Origin: Cetorhinus maximus
Taxonomy: Eukaryota
Direction: 5' to 3'
Length of the DNA stretch: 64,000 nucleotides
Assembly: GCF_964194155.1 (NCBI RefSeq)
Contig: NC_135880.1
Location: 221,836,001 to 221,900,000 of the forward strand
The notes beneath the pieces are model-generated. The model saw only the letters and a list, made by a program, of their open reading frames with translations, searched no databases and was not told the origin of the DNA. Below, piece after piece: positions 1 to 13,532 of the stretch; positions within the stretch are counted from its first letter, which is position 1; every line of letters starts with the position of its first letter. Made by a program: the position numbers and the translations under genes.

Positions 1-452
1 GATTAATGCATTTATAGTTAAACCATGGATTGTTGGCAATGTATTATGCCATGGTATAATGTGATCAGACACTGATGCACTCTCAGTTACCCCTAAACAT
101 TTTCCACCTGTAATTATGGAACCAAAAATGGAAGTGGAAAGTTGAGGGAAGAGCAGTTACAGAATGGAGCTTAAAGGATTTGGTATCCAGATATGTCGAA
201 TGATATGGAACAAGAGGGAAGGAGATTTTCGAACTGTTTTCGTTCACCATGTGTAAGCCTATGCATTTATCTAATCCTTGAGCTCAAATCTCTTCTTGGT
301 CTTGCTCCTCTCGATCTCTATAACCTCCTCCGGCCCTTAAATCCTCCGATGATTTCAGAATTCTCTCCCTAATCCATGGTTTAACTATAAATGCCTTGAG
401 CATAAAATCCATGGTTTAACTATAAATGCAGAAATTCATTGTCTGGTCTTAC

Positions 453-530
453 CACTTGCCCAATGAGCTGGAATCCAGTAGGCAGCTTCATTCCAAACAC
501 TGTGATTCTAACCTTGTTGATGAGCCATTC
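453..530 (-). CDS. gkup: gkup coding exon 8 (EWLINKVRITVFGMKLPTGFQLIGQV); gene continues beyond the window start
   Basis: Acceptor cttttctttcag, donor gtaaga, 78 nt; only frame 0 is open. No kinase-domain exons are present in the window. Confidence 0.88.
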
Positions 531-879
531 CTGAAAGAAAAGACCAGAGGAAATAATGAGGTTTGAAACATCACTGTATTAAAGGAGATACTAGTTTCAT
601 ATGTTATGAAAGAGCATTTTTGTGGTTTGAATCATAGAGTTATTGCAGCCCATCCAATTTCCTTGTGAAACCATTCATCGTCTCCCTCGTAGGCAGCAAG
701 TTCCAGATGGTAAGTATATCAGGAAGCACTAAAATAGTAACAAAAAATGGCCCATAATATGGCTTTCTGTCTTTCCTGTAATTTAATCAAGTTTCCTTCT
801 TTGCAAGAACTGCGATGTCAGGACTATGCAGCTCCAGAACAGATCAGATTCGCTCAACAAGGAAAGGCAAATGTCTGGC

Positions 880-1265
880 TGGCCATGGCTCAATGTGTGC
901 CACTCTGAACCTTCAAGTTCAAGTCCCATTTCAGAACCTTGAGCATAAAATCCAGACTGACACTCCCAGTGGAGGACTGAGTACTGCACTTTTGGAGATG
1001 CTGTCTTTTGATAGACATTAAATTGCCCTCTCAGGTGGATATAAAAAGTCCAATGACACTAGTTCAAAAAAGAGCAGGGAGTCCTCCCCAGTGTCCTAGC
1101 TAATATTTATCCCTGAACTAATATCACTAAGAAACAAATTATCTGGTCATCATCACGTTACTGTTTATGGGATTTTGCTGTGTGAAAATTGACTGCAGCA
1201 TTTCCTACGACAGTATTTGGCTGTAAAGCACTTAGGGATGTCCTGGGATCGCAAATGTGATATAG
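880..1265 (+). mobile_element. tRNA-derived Deu-domain SINE (SacSINE1-like)
   Basis: tRNA-like head (tggctcaa..gttcaagtccc), Deu core (tatttatccct..attatctggtcat..gctgtgtg), L2-like tail. Confidence 0.7.
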
Positions 1266-2285
1266 AATTGTCTCTGCCTGTCTTCTTCTCCCTTAAAAGT
1301 AGAACAGATTTGCACCAATAGCTGAAATTATGAGATTGAGTTCACCAGTAAGTGCAGAATCGTTTTATATAAACTCTCTCTTAAATGAATGTATGACAAT
1401 CACTGTACACATTAATGATTGCTGTTGTGCAAAAATTTGACTTATCCATCTGGCAAAAGCCTAAAGTCATCCCTCCACATCTCTGTATCCTCCTCCAGCC
1501 CAACAAGTCTTTGAGACCTCTGTGCTCTTCCAATTCCGGCCTTATGCACAACCCCCATTTTAATTACTTTCCCATTGGCAGCCATGCCTTAAGACTGCCT
1601 CGGCCCTAAGCTCTGGAATTCCCCAAATCTCTCTGCCTCTCCTCCTTTAAGAGACTCCTAAAATCAACCTCTGTGAGCAAATTTTTGGTCATTTGCCCCA
1701 ATAACTCTTTCTGTGATTCGGGGTTAAATTTTGCTTGGTAAAGCTCCAGTGAAGTGCCTTGGGACATTTTAATACATTATAGGTGATATATAAATGCAAG
1801 TTGTCATTGTCATAGAGGTGTAAGATGAGCAGGCAAAGAAAACAGCACTGAAGAAGTCTGGTGCTATTCAGGATATTTGATAACGCAGAGAAAAATGGCT
1901 GTCACTTCATCAATTAAAACTCTCAGTGAGGATTCATATCACAAAAATTTTAAAATTTTGAAAGGGTTTTATTGGATAGATGTAAAGAAGATGTTTCCAC
2001 ATCTGGGGGAGTTGGAAACGAGGGATTCATAAATATAAATAAATCCAGTAGGGAATTCAACAGAAACTTCTATACCCAGTTAAAATGTGGAACTTGCACT
2101 CGAGGCGAATAGCATAGAAGCATTTGAGGGGAAGCTAGATAAGCAAATGAGGGAGAAAGGAATAGAAGGATATACTGCTAGGTGAAGAGAACTATTCACT
2201 TATCCTCCATTTAGCTGGAGTTACACCAAACTGACAACCATAGCAACAGTTTCACTCAATTTAAACAGAGAGAAGATTTCCTCAC

Positions 2286-2442
2286 CATGTATTTCCCAAG
2301 TCCTCGATCCTCCACCAGAGGATAATGCTTCAAATATTCCCCCAGAGTCGGCAGTGTCTTGCTTTGGAAACAATAAAAGACGACACTCGCAAGCCTTGAT
2401 TCTGTGACGTCTGCAGAGGGCTTCTCATAGAACTTGGTGATT
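2286..2442 (-). CDS. gkup: gkup coding exon 7 (ITKFYEKPSADVTESRLASVVFYCFQSKTLPTLGEYLKHYPLVEDRGLGKYM)
   Basis: Acceptor ttttctttcag, donor gtgagg, 157 nt. FxEKP sugar-phosphate-binding motif of nucleotidyltransferases. Confidence 0.9.
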
Positions 2443-2959
2443 CTGAAAGAAAATAATCTTAAGTATCCGCTGCTTCTCAGAAGACAAGCATGCGCGGATA
2501 GATCAGTACGTCAATAAACCTGTGGGGACTCACTGGAGATTTGAACCAGCAAAAGGAAATGTTTTAAAGATTCATCAGGGGAATACAGTTCAGAGTTTAG
2601 GTCCTTAGGGTTCCACAAAGTCCAAAATCAGAAGGTGTCAGGTAGAGGACAGGATGGAATCATGATGATTTCTGGTGTTTGCATTGGCAATGATGAAAAC
2701 ATTCCTGAGAAATCTCAGCCCGTAAGGAGGCCATTCACCCATTGTTCCCGTGCTGATGCTAGCTCTGCATTGAAGCGAACTATTCTGATTTCTACTTTCT
2801 TTCTCTACATCCATATTGTGTCCATTTTCGGGCAACACATTTTAAGAAGGATGCAACTGACTTAGAGAGGACGCAGAGGAGATTCACTAAGAATGATCCC
2901 AAAGATACAGGATTTGAACTTATACTCATCCAAAACTCTTCGAACTCCCTATCAAGTCC

Positions 2960-3390
2960 TGTTCACCAATCACCATTGGCTTCCAGTCCAACAATGCACC
3001 AATTTTAAATTTCTCTTCTTTGTTTTCAAATCTCTCCATGGCCATGTCCCTCTATTTCTAGGTCCACAACCTACAACCTTCCGAGAACTCTGCGCTCCTC
3101 CATTTCTGAAATCTTGCTCATCCCCAATTTTAACTGCTCCATGATTAGCAGTCATGCCTTCGGCTGTTTAGGCCCTAAGCTCTGGAATTCTCTCACTAAG
3201 CCTTTCTCCTTATGTATGTCTCTTTTCTCCTTTAAGATGTTCCTCAAAACTTACCTCTTTGGCCAAGCTTTTGGTCACCTGCCCTCGTACCTCCTGACAT
3301 GCTCAGTGCTCAGTTTTGTTTAGGAACACTCCTGAAGCACCTGGGGATGTTTTACTGTGTTGAAGATGCTAAATAAATACAAATTGTTGT
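2960..3390 (+). mobile_element. L2-clade LINE 3' fragment
   Basis: Encodes HWLPV..FK..FVFKSLHG and LWNSL..FK..LKTYLF. Similar 3' ends at ~1470-1810, 20365-20790, 22400-22870, 26050-26540, 30215-30440, 40630-41090 and 33895-34240(-). Confidence 0.75.
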
Positions 3391-3740
3391 TGGGAGATAC
3401 TGGAGAAGCTGAGATTGTTCTCCTCAGAGCAGAGAAGGTTAAGGGGAGATCATGAATCAGTGGCAGAAGGGTCAGTAACCAGAGCACACAGATTTCAAAT
3501 AATTGATAAAAGAACAAGAGGTGAAAGGGAAAAGGAAATTCGATAAATACTTGAATGGGAAAGATTGCAGGATCATTGGGAAAGGGCAGGGGATTGAAAA
3601 GCCTTTTCAAAGAGCTGGTGTAGTTATGATGGACCAAATGGCCTCTTCTATATCATTCTACGATTCTACCCATGGGTGGCATGGCATACGGCAGAAGACT
3701 ATACAGCTCAGAGAATGACCTTTTCCATTCAAGAACCTAC

Positions 3741-3829
3741 CTGTGTGTGGAGGGGCACACCTCAACTATTCCCCGAGATTCAGTCCTCTCTCCTTCTTCC
3801 ATTTCATAGTAAATGGCCAGTTCACCCTT
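3741..3829 (-). CDS. gkup: gkup coding exon 6 (KGELAIYYEMEEGERTESRGIVEVCPSTHR)
   Basis: Acceptor gacag, donor gtaggt, 89 nt, frame continuous. Confidence 0.88.
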
Positions 3830-3909
3830 CTGTCAGCCAACATAAAAAATTGTGATAATGTTAGCCTTTTATAAGCACATTCTAAAAGTTACTTGCATTA
3901 GTCACGAGT

Positions 3910-4335
3910 CAGTTGTGTCTCAGTTAGTAGCACTCTGGCCTATCGAGTCCACCCCACAGACCTGACCACAACACCTAGAATAACACACCAGTGTTTCACT
4001 GTCAGAGGTTCCATCTTCCAGATGAGAAGTTAAACTCGAGGCCATATCTGCCTTTTAATGTGGATATAAAGATCTCTTTCCAGTGCTATTTCGAAGAAGA
4101 GCAGAGGAGTTATCCCCAGTGTCTTGGCCAATATTTATCCCTGAAACAACATCACTAAAATGAACAAATGATGTGGTCATTATCACAGTGCCATTTGTGG
4201 GAGCTTGCTGTGCACATATTAGGTGCCACATTTCTATATCACAATAGTGACCTCACTTCAAAAAGTATTTCATTGGCTGTAAAGCACTTTGTGACATCCT
4301 GAGGTCACGAAAGGTGCTATATAAATGCAAGTTAT
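3910..4335 (+). mobile_element. Deu-domain SINE (SacSINE1-like)
   Basis: Same family, with tail aaggtgctatataaatgcaagtt. Further copies at ~6125-6355(-), 8150-8545(-), 18310-18670(+), 25220-25520(-), 37600-37915(-), 49050-49460(-) and 54110-54370(-). Confidence 0.75.
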
Positions 4336-5680
4336 TTCTTCTCACTTTATGTTTAAATTTTTAGTTCAATAAAAAAAAAACATGTTTTAGTAAGTAGCTG
4401 TGCAATTCTCTGACATGCCCCACGCTAGCAAGTATGGTGGGGGCTGTTGACTCATTTGACGATGGCACCCTGTTTGCAAAGGTCCAGGCAGGTGATAGCC
4501 TCTGGAGCTCAGCTGAGCTATGGGAATATTAAGCTAAGCTTGGCGTTGGACTTGGGGGAGAAATAAGTTATCAAAGAGAGATTGTTCTTAACTTCTTCCC
4601 CCTTTCCCCATTGACACGCTCTTCTCCTGCTTAGAAGAGGGGATCCTGGTCTTCTGTGGGGCTAGCATTGTGTAGGATTCTCCAATTGAAGTATATTTTA
4701 CTCACATTCCACACAGGCAGACTTTTGTGAACCCATAACTGGAACCACAACTTTTCCCAAGTTATCCCCCTCTCCCCCACCCTACCAACCCCATCAAATA
4801 CTGTACAAATGCTGTTGGTATTTAATACAATTTTACAAACTGTAAAATGAGAAACCAAAAATAGACAGAAGCACAGAAATAGCCTGGGGCTTAGGAACAG
4901 TCAAAAAGCAAACCGCATGACTATATAAAAAAAATCAAAAATGATGTTGTTGAGTCTCAGGCACACAGCATACAATCTCAGGAAAAAAGTGTTAACTATC
5001 AGGATTAATATCATATTTTGCTTACACTCATCTTGAATAACATCAGGAATTAATCAGTCAAAGCTGCCATCTGTTTACTAGGGACTTTGACATGCCATTA
5101 TCTTGAACATTGATGCTACCAAGATTTTTTTTAAAAGTGTAACGTTTTGATTTCTCACAAATATCTTGGATAAAGAAGTGCTTATTGACTGAAGTGGGCA
5201 TGGTCAGTGCCAGAGGAAGAGTGTATAAAATGCAGATAGACCAAAAAACACGACCTAGTATATAATGCAGTGGTCACCTAACCTGTACCGTACAGCTGTG
5301 AAATTTGGCCAGCTCACAGATCATTTGCAATTTGCAATGCTTCCACATCCTTCACACCATCCAGAAATGTTTCTCTACTGTAAAGTTTTATGCAATTCTA
5401 TCTTAAGATCACCCTGAACACAGCCATCAAGTGATTTAATTTACTTCATGTGCGTAATATTACATAATCTAAGTTTCCAGCCCTTATCCCCAAGGTTCTT
5501 TATGCTAAGCCAAAAAGAATTTCACTTAAGCCTAAACAAAAACAGAAATACCTGGAAAAACTCAGCAGGTCTGGCAGCATCGGCGGAGAAGAGCAAAGTT
5601 GACGTTTCGAGTCCTCATGCTTAAGCCTATGCTAGGACAGTTAAACATAATGAAGAAAGAAGTAACTAGGACTGACTGAC

Positions 5681-5752
5681 CTTAAACTTAAAGAACTTGA
5701 GAACTTCAGCTATATCAAAGTTCAGATCTTCACACAGCATATCCCCAGCAAC
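5681..5752 (-). CDS. gkup: gkup coding exon 5 (VAGDMLCEDLNFDIAEVLKFFKFK)
   Basis: Acceptor ttccag, donor gtcagt, 72 nt. AGD motif of NTP-transferases; preceded by an 85-nt intron. Confidence 0.9.
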
Positions 5753-5837
5753 CTGGAAGTACATTAAGACTGTGGTGAGACAGCGTCCCCAGGACTCCTG
5801 AGCATCAACAAATGGTCAGCAATGAAACAAGACGTAC

Positions 5838-5991
5838 CACCATGACATCATCATTGAACCTCTTACTCCTGACCACCAACTCCAAGTCAGCCACTGCACC
5901 CAATTGCGTTCTGCTGGTCGTCGAACCATCATTGATAATGTTTTCCACCGGAAAATCACTGGCAGTTGCCCATCGCTCATAGTATTTGTAC
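5838..5991 (-). CDS. gkup: gkup coding exon 4 (YKYYERWATASDFPVENIINDGSTTSRTQLGAVADLELVVRSKRFNDDVMV)
   Basis: Acceptor tgtgcag, donor gtacgt, 154 nt. NDG..LGAVADL motif. Confidence 0.9.
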
Positions 5992-6729
5992 CTGCACAGA
6001 AAAAGTTAATAATTGATTCCAAACTAGCTCAACGGTACCCATTGCATCTCCATTGCACATGAAGCCACACAAGACCAAGCCACCCTGCTCACTTTTTTAC
6101 GAATGCAACAAGCTAAAATAAAAAAGGCTTGCATTTCTATAGCACCTTTCATGACTTCAGGACATCTCAAAGTGCTTCACAGCCAACAAAGTACTTTTGA
6201 AGTGTAGTCACTATTCAAGCTCCCATGAACTGGAATGCGATAATGGCCAGATAGTCTCGTCTTAGTGATGCTTGTTCAGGCAAAATATTGGCCAGGACAA
6301 TGGAGACAATTCCCCTACTCATCGAAGTAATGCATGAGACCTTTTATGTCCACCTCTGACTCTCACTCTAGTTGTAGTTTTCATACCTTTTCACTCTTTT
6401 CTTGGAGTCTGGTGGAAGGATTCAGATGTACCTCCATAGTCGTAACCATCTTTATATTAGCCATTAGGATTGTTAGTCCTGCGCTCCATAGTCCTGACTG
6501 TTCATTTCTTACCCCCTTTTCCCTGGCAATACACTTGCTTGCAAACTGTTCATCACTAATATCTTCCGGTTCTGATGGAAGATCATTGACTTGAAACATC
6601 AACTGTTCTTTCTACAGATGCTGTGTGTTTCCAACATTTTCCACTTTTATTTCAGATTTCCAGTAATTCTCTTTGGTTTTATTGACTATGTGCTGCTTTG
6701 CTACTAGTCTCAATAGTAAATGCACTCAC

Positions 6730-6774
6730 TTGTCTGCATTTGTGACGAGGTAGACTTCACTGAAGAGCTGGCGC
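6730..6774 (-). CDS. gkup: gkup coding exon 3 (RQLFSEVYLVTNADK)
   Basis: Acceptor ttgcag, donor gtgagt, 45 nt, phase 2-2, in frame with both neighbours. Confidence 0.88.
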
Positions 6775-6854
6775 CTGCAAACAATGTAGAACACATAATG
6801 ATAAGTCAAATCAATTTCATACATGGAGACAGATAGAAAGTTAGAAGGAAGAAA

Positions 6855-7685
6855 GTATTTTCATTTAAATAGCATCTTTCATTGCCTTAGGGTGGCCTTG
6901 AATGCTTCACTGCAAATTAATTACTTTCTGAATTGTAGTCACTTTTGTAATGTGGGAAGCACAGCAGCCAATTTGCACACAGTAAGATTCCATAAACAGC
7001 AATGAAATAAATAACTAACAAAATTCTGTTTTTGTAATGTTGATGGAAGGATAATAATTAGCTAGGATACTGGGCAGAACTGCCCTACTCTTTGGTTGAA
7101 ATGGTCCCATGGGATCTTTTACGTCCGCCTGAGTTTAACATTTCATCCGAAAGATGGCACCTCCGATTTGGGCTGCCAACCTTCCAGGATTGGCCTGGCG
7201 TTGCCAGGAATTGAAGATCAAACTCCAGGACACTGCTGTGTGCAACCCTGGAGAAAAATTATCAGGGCCTCAAAAAAGATTGATTTTTTTTTGTAATTTT
7301 CTTTGAGCTTTTCTCTTTACCAGGTGTAAAAATATTGAAAACGGGGGGAGGGAAATGCTGTTTGGCTGACAGTCAACATCACCCAATTGGGTAATGAGTC
7401 TTTTTGCTTTCCAATTGGTGTAGGAAGGCAGTGGGTCGCAAGGATGGACGTGTTGGCCAACTAACAACTGGAGTGGAGGGGAGGGGGGTGGCAAATCAAG
7501 TGATGAAACCTCCAGAAATACATTTAATCACAGTTGGCAACAATACCTTCGATAGTGAAACACTCCACCAGTACATAACCAGGATTGTCAACCTAGAATT
7601 TGAGTTCAAATATCTGGAGTGGGATTCAAACCCATAAACTCCTGACCCAGAGGTGAGAGTGACATCCACTAAGCCACAGCTGGCA
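6855..7685 (-). mobile_element. Deu-domain SINE interrupted by a hAT-like MITE (~7169-7543)
   Basis: SINE halves on both sides. The insert has GGGCTGCCAAC..GTTGGCAAC termini and a near-duplicated acct(c/t)cgat flank. A related MITE lies at ~53752-54047. Confidence 0.6.
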
Positions 7686-7959
7686 CTGAAGAAGAGAACC
7701 TGGCTAAACCTCCCTGAACTGTCCTGGGTGTTTCTCCTCCACTGTGTTAAAGAATGCTTTTGGTAGAAATCATTGAATCTGATCCCCTCTCCTCATTGCA
7801 CTTATTCTGGTGGTCATGACTCCCCTTCTCACCATCCCCTCCTTTCTAATCTTCTATATTACTAGTCCTGGCCCAAGTATCTTAGTCAGATAAGACGCAA
7901 AGTTTCAAAAGTTATATAAATAGAAGGGAGAGCAGGAACAATAGCAACAGCACACTCAC

Positions 7960-8066
7960 ATGTTCACAACTTCCCACCAGAAATCCAGAATCTTCTTCCC
8001 ACCGATTCCCGGTAACAGAGCCTTTGGGATCCCAACTAAGTGGCTGTAGAGGCCTGTGGCTTCATT
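7960..8066 (-). CDS. gkup: gkup coding exon 2 (NEATGLYSHLVGIPKALLPGIGGKKILDFWWEVVN..)
   Basis: Acceptor tttctttacag, donor gtgagt, 107 nt. Contains the PKALLP nucleotidyltransferase motif. Confidence 0.9.
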
Positions 8067-9259
8067 CTGTAAAGAAATTATTTAGGTAACAGCACAGCAG
8101 ACCAGGGGGCATGTGACACTTGTTCACTATTTACATAGGAAATAACAGACTAGCACTTGCCTCTATAGGGTGCCTTTCATGGCCTCAGAATGTCCTAAAC
8201 TGCCTTTTTGAAGTGTAGTCACCGTTGTATGAAACATGGAAACCAATTTGTGCACAGCTAGCTCCCACAAACAACAATAGGATAATGGCCAAATAATGTG
8301 TTAGACACCAGGAAAACTCCATTGCTCTACTTCAAAAGAATACCAGGGGATTTTTTTTGTGTCCATTCACGAGACAGACAGGGTCTTGGTTTAATGTCTC
8401 AACTGAAAGACAGCACCCCAGACAGTTCAGCATTCCTTCAGTACACTGCTGGAGCATCAGTCTCGGTTTTGTGCCCAAGTCTCTGGAGTGGAATTTGAAC
8501 GTACAATCTTGTAACTATTCAGTGAGAGTGCTATCCGCTGAGCCCTGGTTGAATATGTTTAGGAATGGAAAATGGCTGTTTGGCCTAAATAGGCTCATAC
8601 CATTTTTACAGATCAACTTAATGTAAATAATGTCTCACTAAATCACTCAGTTCCTTCTTAGAAACACACCTATTTGCCACTTGATTCCCAGTATGATGCC
8701 AGATCCATTGGCAGTCTATGGTAATTCAATCACAAACTCTATTACCCTTCTGATAGAAATTTTCTGCCTAACCTAATATACAAGAACTCTGTTAGCACTT
8801 TAAACGTTAATGTTTCTGGTGTATCTCTTTCACTGGAATCTATAAAACATAAACCTGTGCTTTCTCCTAACTGATACTGATGGGGCTGTTTTTTTTGGAA
8901 TAGAGGTGGCTGAAGGGAGATTTAATTGTACAAAATTAAGAGAAACCCAGTAAGAGTGGATAGGAAGGACCTATTTCCATTAACCAAGAGGTTAATAACC
9001 AGACAACATAGATTTAAAGGTAATTGGTAGAATGATTAGAGGACAGTTGAGTCATTTTTCACCCAGACAGTGGTGGGTGTCTGGAATTCACTACATGAAA
9101 GGATTGTAGAGGCAGATATTCTCCGTTTGCACTTGAAGTGCCATAAACAGGCTACAGATCAATAACTGGAAAGTGGGAGTAGGCTGGGTCACTCGTTTTC
9201 AACTGTAACAGGCACAGTAGGCTAAATAGCCTCTTTCTGTGCCATTAATTTTCTACATT

Positions 9260-11270
9260 TCATAGAATCACAGAATTGTTACAGGGCAGAAGGAGGCCAT
9301 TCGGCCCATCGTGTCTGCACCGGCTCTCCAAATGAGCATAATGGCTCAGTGCCATTCTCCTGCCTTTTCCTCGTAACCCTGCACATTGTTTCTATTTAAA
9401 TCTTGAATGCCTCGACTGAACCTGTCTCCACCACACTTCCAGGCAATACATTCCAGACTCGGACCACTTGCTGGGTGAAAAAGTTTTTTCTCACATCGCA
9501 TTTGCTTCTTTTGAAAATCACTTTAACTCTGTTTGCTCGTCCTCGATCCTTTTATGTGCGGGAACAGTTTCGCCCATCTACTCTATCCAGCCTACTCATG
9601 GTTTTGAACGCCTCTATCAAATCTCCTCTTAGCCTTCTCCTCTCCAAGGAGAACAGTCCCAACTTTTCCAATCTATCTTCATAACTGAAATTTCTCATCG
9701 CTGGAACCATTGTTGTAAACCTCTTCTGCACTCTCTCCAAGGCTATCACATCCTTCCTAAAGTGCAGCGCCCAGAACTGTACACAATACTCCAGCTGAGG
9801 TCTAACTAGTATCCTATTCAAGTTCAGCATAACCTCCTTGTTCTTGTACTCTATGACCCCATTAATAAAGCCTAGGATACTGTATGCTTTATTAACTGCT
9901 CTCTCTGCCCTGCCCTGCCACTTTTAATGACTTATGCACATATACATCCAGGTCCCTCTGCTCCTGCACACCCTTCAGAGTTGTACCCCATATGTTCTTC
10001 CTACCAAATTGAATCACCTCACACTGCTCTGCATTGACCTTCATCTGCCACCTATCTGCCCACTCCTCCAACTTGTCTATGTCCTTTTGAAGTTCTACGC
10101 TGTCCTCCTCACAGTTTACAATGCTTCCAAGTTTTATATCATCCGCAAACTCTGCAATTTTCCCCAGTACATCAAGATCTAGATCATTAATATATATCAG
10201 GAAAAGCAAGGGTCTCAATGCTAACCCCTGGGGAACTCCACAACAAATCTTCCTCCAGCCTGAAAAATGTCCATTAACCATTACTTGCTGTTCCTTATTA
10301 ACCAGCTTTTGTAATTAACTTTTGTATCTGCGATGCTACCGTCCCTTTTATTCCATGAGCTATAACTTTTCTAAAGTCTGTTGTGTGGCACTGTATCAAA
10401 TGCCTTTTGGAAGTCTATGTACACCACATCAACAGCATTACCCTCATCAACCCTCTCTGTTACCTCTTCAAAAAGCTCCAGCAAGTTAAATAAACATGGT
10501 GCTGAATCTTCAGCTCAGCAAGCGGGGGCGGGGCCTGCTCGCTGAGGCGTAAAATGACGTGGGGTGATGTCGGGCTTGCGTCCCAACATCACCATGTTTC
10601 ATTTCGATTTTCAAGTCGGCTGCTGTCAAAGGCCTGTTAAGGCCATTAATGAACTAATTAAGCCTATTGAGAAAGCTGCCCGTCCAACCTTAAGGTTGCC
10701 GGGCAGGCGAAGAACCCAGGCGGCCTTCGTATTTTTCATGGAACCTCATCCACGGCCAGGATGAGGTTTCATGAAGGATTTAAAACTTTCAGAAATTTTT
10801 TTTTTTAATTAATGCACATGTCCCAACTCATGATACAGTTTCACATGAGGGGACATGTCATAAACATTTTTACAACACTTTATTAGACTGTTTAAACTTA
10901 AAACTAACCTGCCTCAGGGAGATTTCTGTGCTCTTTCGCATGCATGCACGAAAGAGCGCGCTCCCAACTCAGGCAACCCCCACCGCCCACATAGGGAGTG
11001 CACAGCGCTTCTGGGTGCCCATCACACTGGGTAGGCCTTAATTGGCCTGCCCAAGTAAAATGGCAGCATGGACCCGATCGGGGTGGGGGGGGGAAATTCT
11101 ACCCATAATTTTCCCTTATAAAATCCATGCTGGCTCTTCCTAATTAACCCACATTTTTCCACGTGACTATTAATTCTATCCCGAATAATTGTTTCTAGAA
11201 GCTTCTCCAGCACCGAAGTTAAACTGACCGATCTGTAATTGCTGGGCTTATCCTTATAACCTTTTTGACA
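9260..11270 (-). mobile_element. CR1 LINE ORF2 remnant (reverse transcriptase) with a nested MITE
   Basis: ORF fragments SQHGF, GVPQG..LFLIYINDL, FADD and LVRPQLEYCVQFW..LRGDLIE, with frameshifts. Confidence 0.9.
10499..11104. mobile_element. PIF/Harbinger-like MITE inserted in CR1
   Basis: GC-rich ~600-bp element with imperfect GGG(C/T)AGAATTT-type termini and a 3-bp atg/ata flank. CR1 sequence resumes on both sides. Confidence 0.6.
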
Positions 11271-12169
11271 ATCCTCCCTTCAATGTCGCTTGCAGTATAC
11301 CAGATTGATGTAACCAAAACAAATAAAAACAAAATACAACGGATGCTGGAAATCCGAAATAAAAGCAACAAAATGTAGGGAAATGCTCAGCAGTCCAATC
11401 TGCATCTGCAGAGAGAGAGAGAGAAAGCAGAATTAAAACATTTCAGGCTGATGACCTTTTATGAAGCATTAATTCTGTTTCTCTGCCCAGAGATGCTACC
11501 TGACCTGTTGAGCATTTGCAGCATTTTCTGCTTTTATTTGTGATTGAACTAATGCTGTTTAAAGCAATAACACAACTTTTCTGATGTGCTCCTGATCCAG
11601 TTCAGTACCTGATTGGTCTTTTTATTGTGTTTGAGCCAAAGGTGGACAGTTTCATTGTGGTATCAACAGGATTTCTGGTCAACAGTTGTACCAGTATTCC
11701 ATGGCACAGACACCCCCACATATTTTGTGAACCTCTTGTTCCATTTAACAAACACTCCCATTTTTGATTCCTTGCTGCATTAGCAATTTTAGATTTATTA
11801 TCTAATTATATCTGCCCGCTACTGACACAAAGTCAGTTTGCATTGTTCCTCATAATGGCAAAACTGCTACAAATCAAGGAAAACATGAGGCAAAACATTA
11901 TTTAACAAGGAAAGTTGCAACATTGAAGCATTTAAAATGTAGCCATAAACTGTCTTGAAAATCCACCTCTCCCTTTCTCTCTCAAGTAAAGGCAGAAAGA
12001 GAGTCAAAAACAGCTGGAGGAGGGAAGTTTTTTCAGCACTCAGAGGATGACTGTATTGGACAAGCTTACCCTTTACAAGTTTGAGAACCATCGAATCCAG
12101 AAGTTTTGTTAAAATTTTTGATAAACGACATTTGCTTTGAGCCAATCTTGAACAAAGGAAAGTGGTTAG

Positions 12170-12440
12170 GGTATTGTGGGGTGTGGAGTGGGGGAGTTGA
12201 GTGGACAGGGACTGAGTGCACAGGCACTGTATGGTTGGACAGGACTTTGAGTGGACAGGCACTCAGACGTGGTTTTGAGTGGGTAGGATACCATGGGCGA
12301 GGGGCACTACAAGGTAGGGTAATGCATGAGCATGTGGTATTGAGTGGGTCGGCCTTTGAATGGACAGATGAGGTGTTGAGTGGACAAGGCACTGTATGGT
12401 TAAGGGACTTGGTGGGTGAGATATTGAGTGGGCGGGCCTC
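12170..12440. repeat. degenerate G-rich tandem repeat (core tgagtggacagg..)
   Basis: Recurrent gagtgg(a/g)ca(a/g)g motif at irregular spacing. Confidence 0.55.
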
Positions 12441-13532
12441 AGGCATCTACACCATCATTTAATTTGTTAGAATGAAGGAATTTTAAATGACAGCACAGAG
12501 TCAGTGAGCATGTCACACCTCGTATGTTCTGCTCATAGTTTACAACATGCACCAGCCTTTCAGCTTACTTTTATTTATGCCAGTGAAGTCTACATTTCCA
12601 TTCCTGGTAATAGTTCCTTTGGGGACCATTACAACAGACAAGTAGCTCCACTCAATCCTACAGTGTGAAAGGGCAGGTCTTGCAAGGTTATGGTTTTTGC
12701 AACATCATCAAACAAACAAGTATTTTCAAAAGCAATGATACACTGTAATGATGTTTCTAAAATGCCAACGTATTAAATATATAACAAACACAGCCTGTTA
12801 ATGTTAGAAAAGAGATGGTAGAAAATCTTAAATGCAGGTCATTTAAATTTGAAAAGTTACAAAGGTGATCTTGAGGAATATTTATTATTCCTTAGACCTT
12901 ATTAGGTCAGCTTTATTTTCTCCTCATGACTGGATGGGATAATCAATTGGGTCTGATAACTAATTTTGGAATTAGTCCTGGGGCAGGTATAGATTATTAC
13001 ATGCTGAGTTTGATTAAAACCTGCACTTACTGCTCGATGCTGTCAGACTGCCATAGTGGGCATGTTCTATGGGCGTAATTAACACACTTAATAACATGAT
13101 GCATGAAACAGACATGGAGCACTCTATGTTCCCATATCACATAGGCTCCAGACCAAGAGTCTATAGACACAATATCCAATTGACCGCTGCACTGTACAGA
13201 AAGTAACAAGGGGTCCCTGTGGTCTCCATCTTTATCTCTGCCCATCATCACATCACTATGATTCTATATTTATTGACTTGGTGCATGCTATTTCTTTACA
13301 ATGACAGCACTCTACTCCTTAAAGTATGTTTTAGAAACTGTATTTAGCACAGTGGGGAGTTTCCATTAACGTTAATGTTTTGAGGGTTTCTGCAGTGTCA
13401 TTAGTTACAAAGGGTTTCCTATGAAGAAAAGTTTCAAAATCATATGGGGAATAACAACTTGCACTTGTATAGTGCCTTTTATGCAGTAAAATATCCTGAG
13501 GCTTTGACAAAAGCCTATCAGATAAAACTGGT

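Noticed and set aside
649-709. Plus-strand exon-like segment ending in G|gtaagt
   Set aside because: Weak acceptor, no partner exons, and it lies antisense within a gkup intron.
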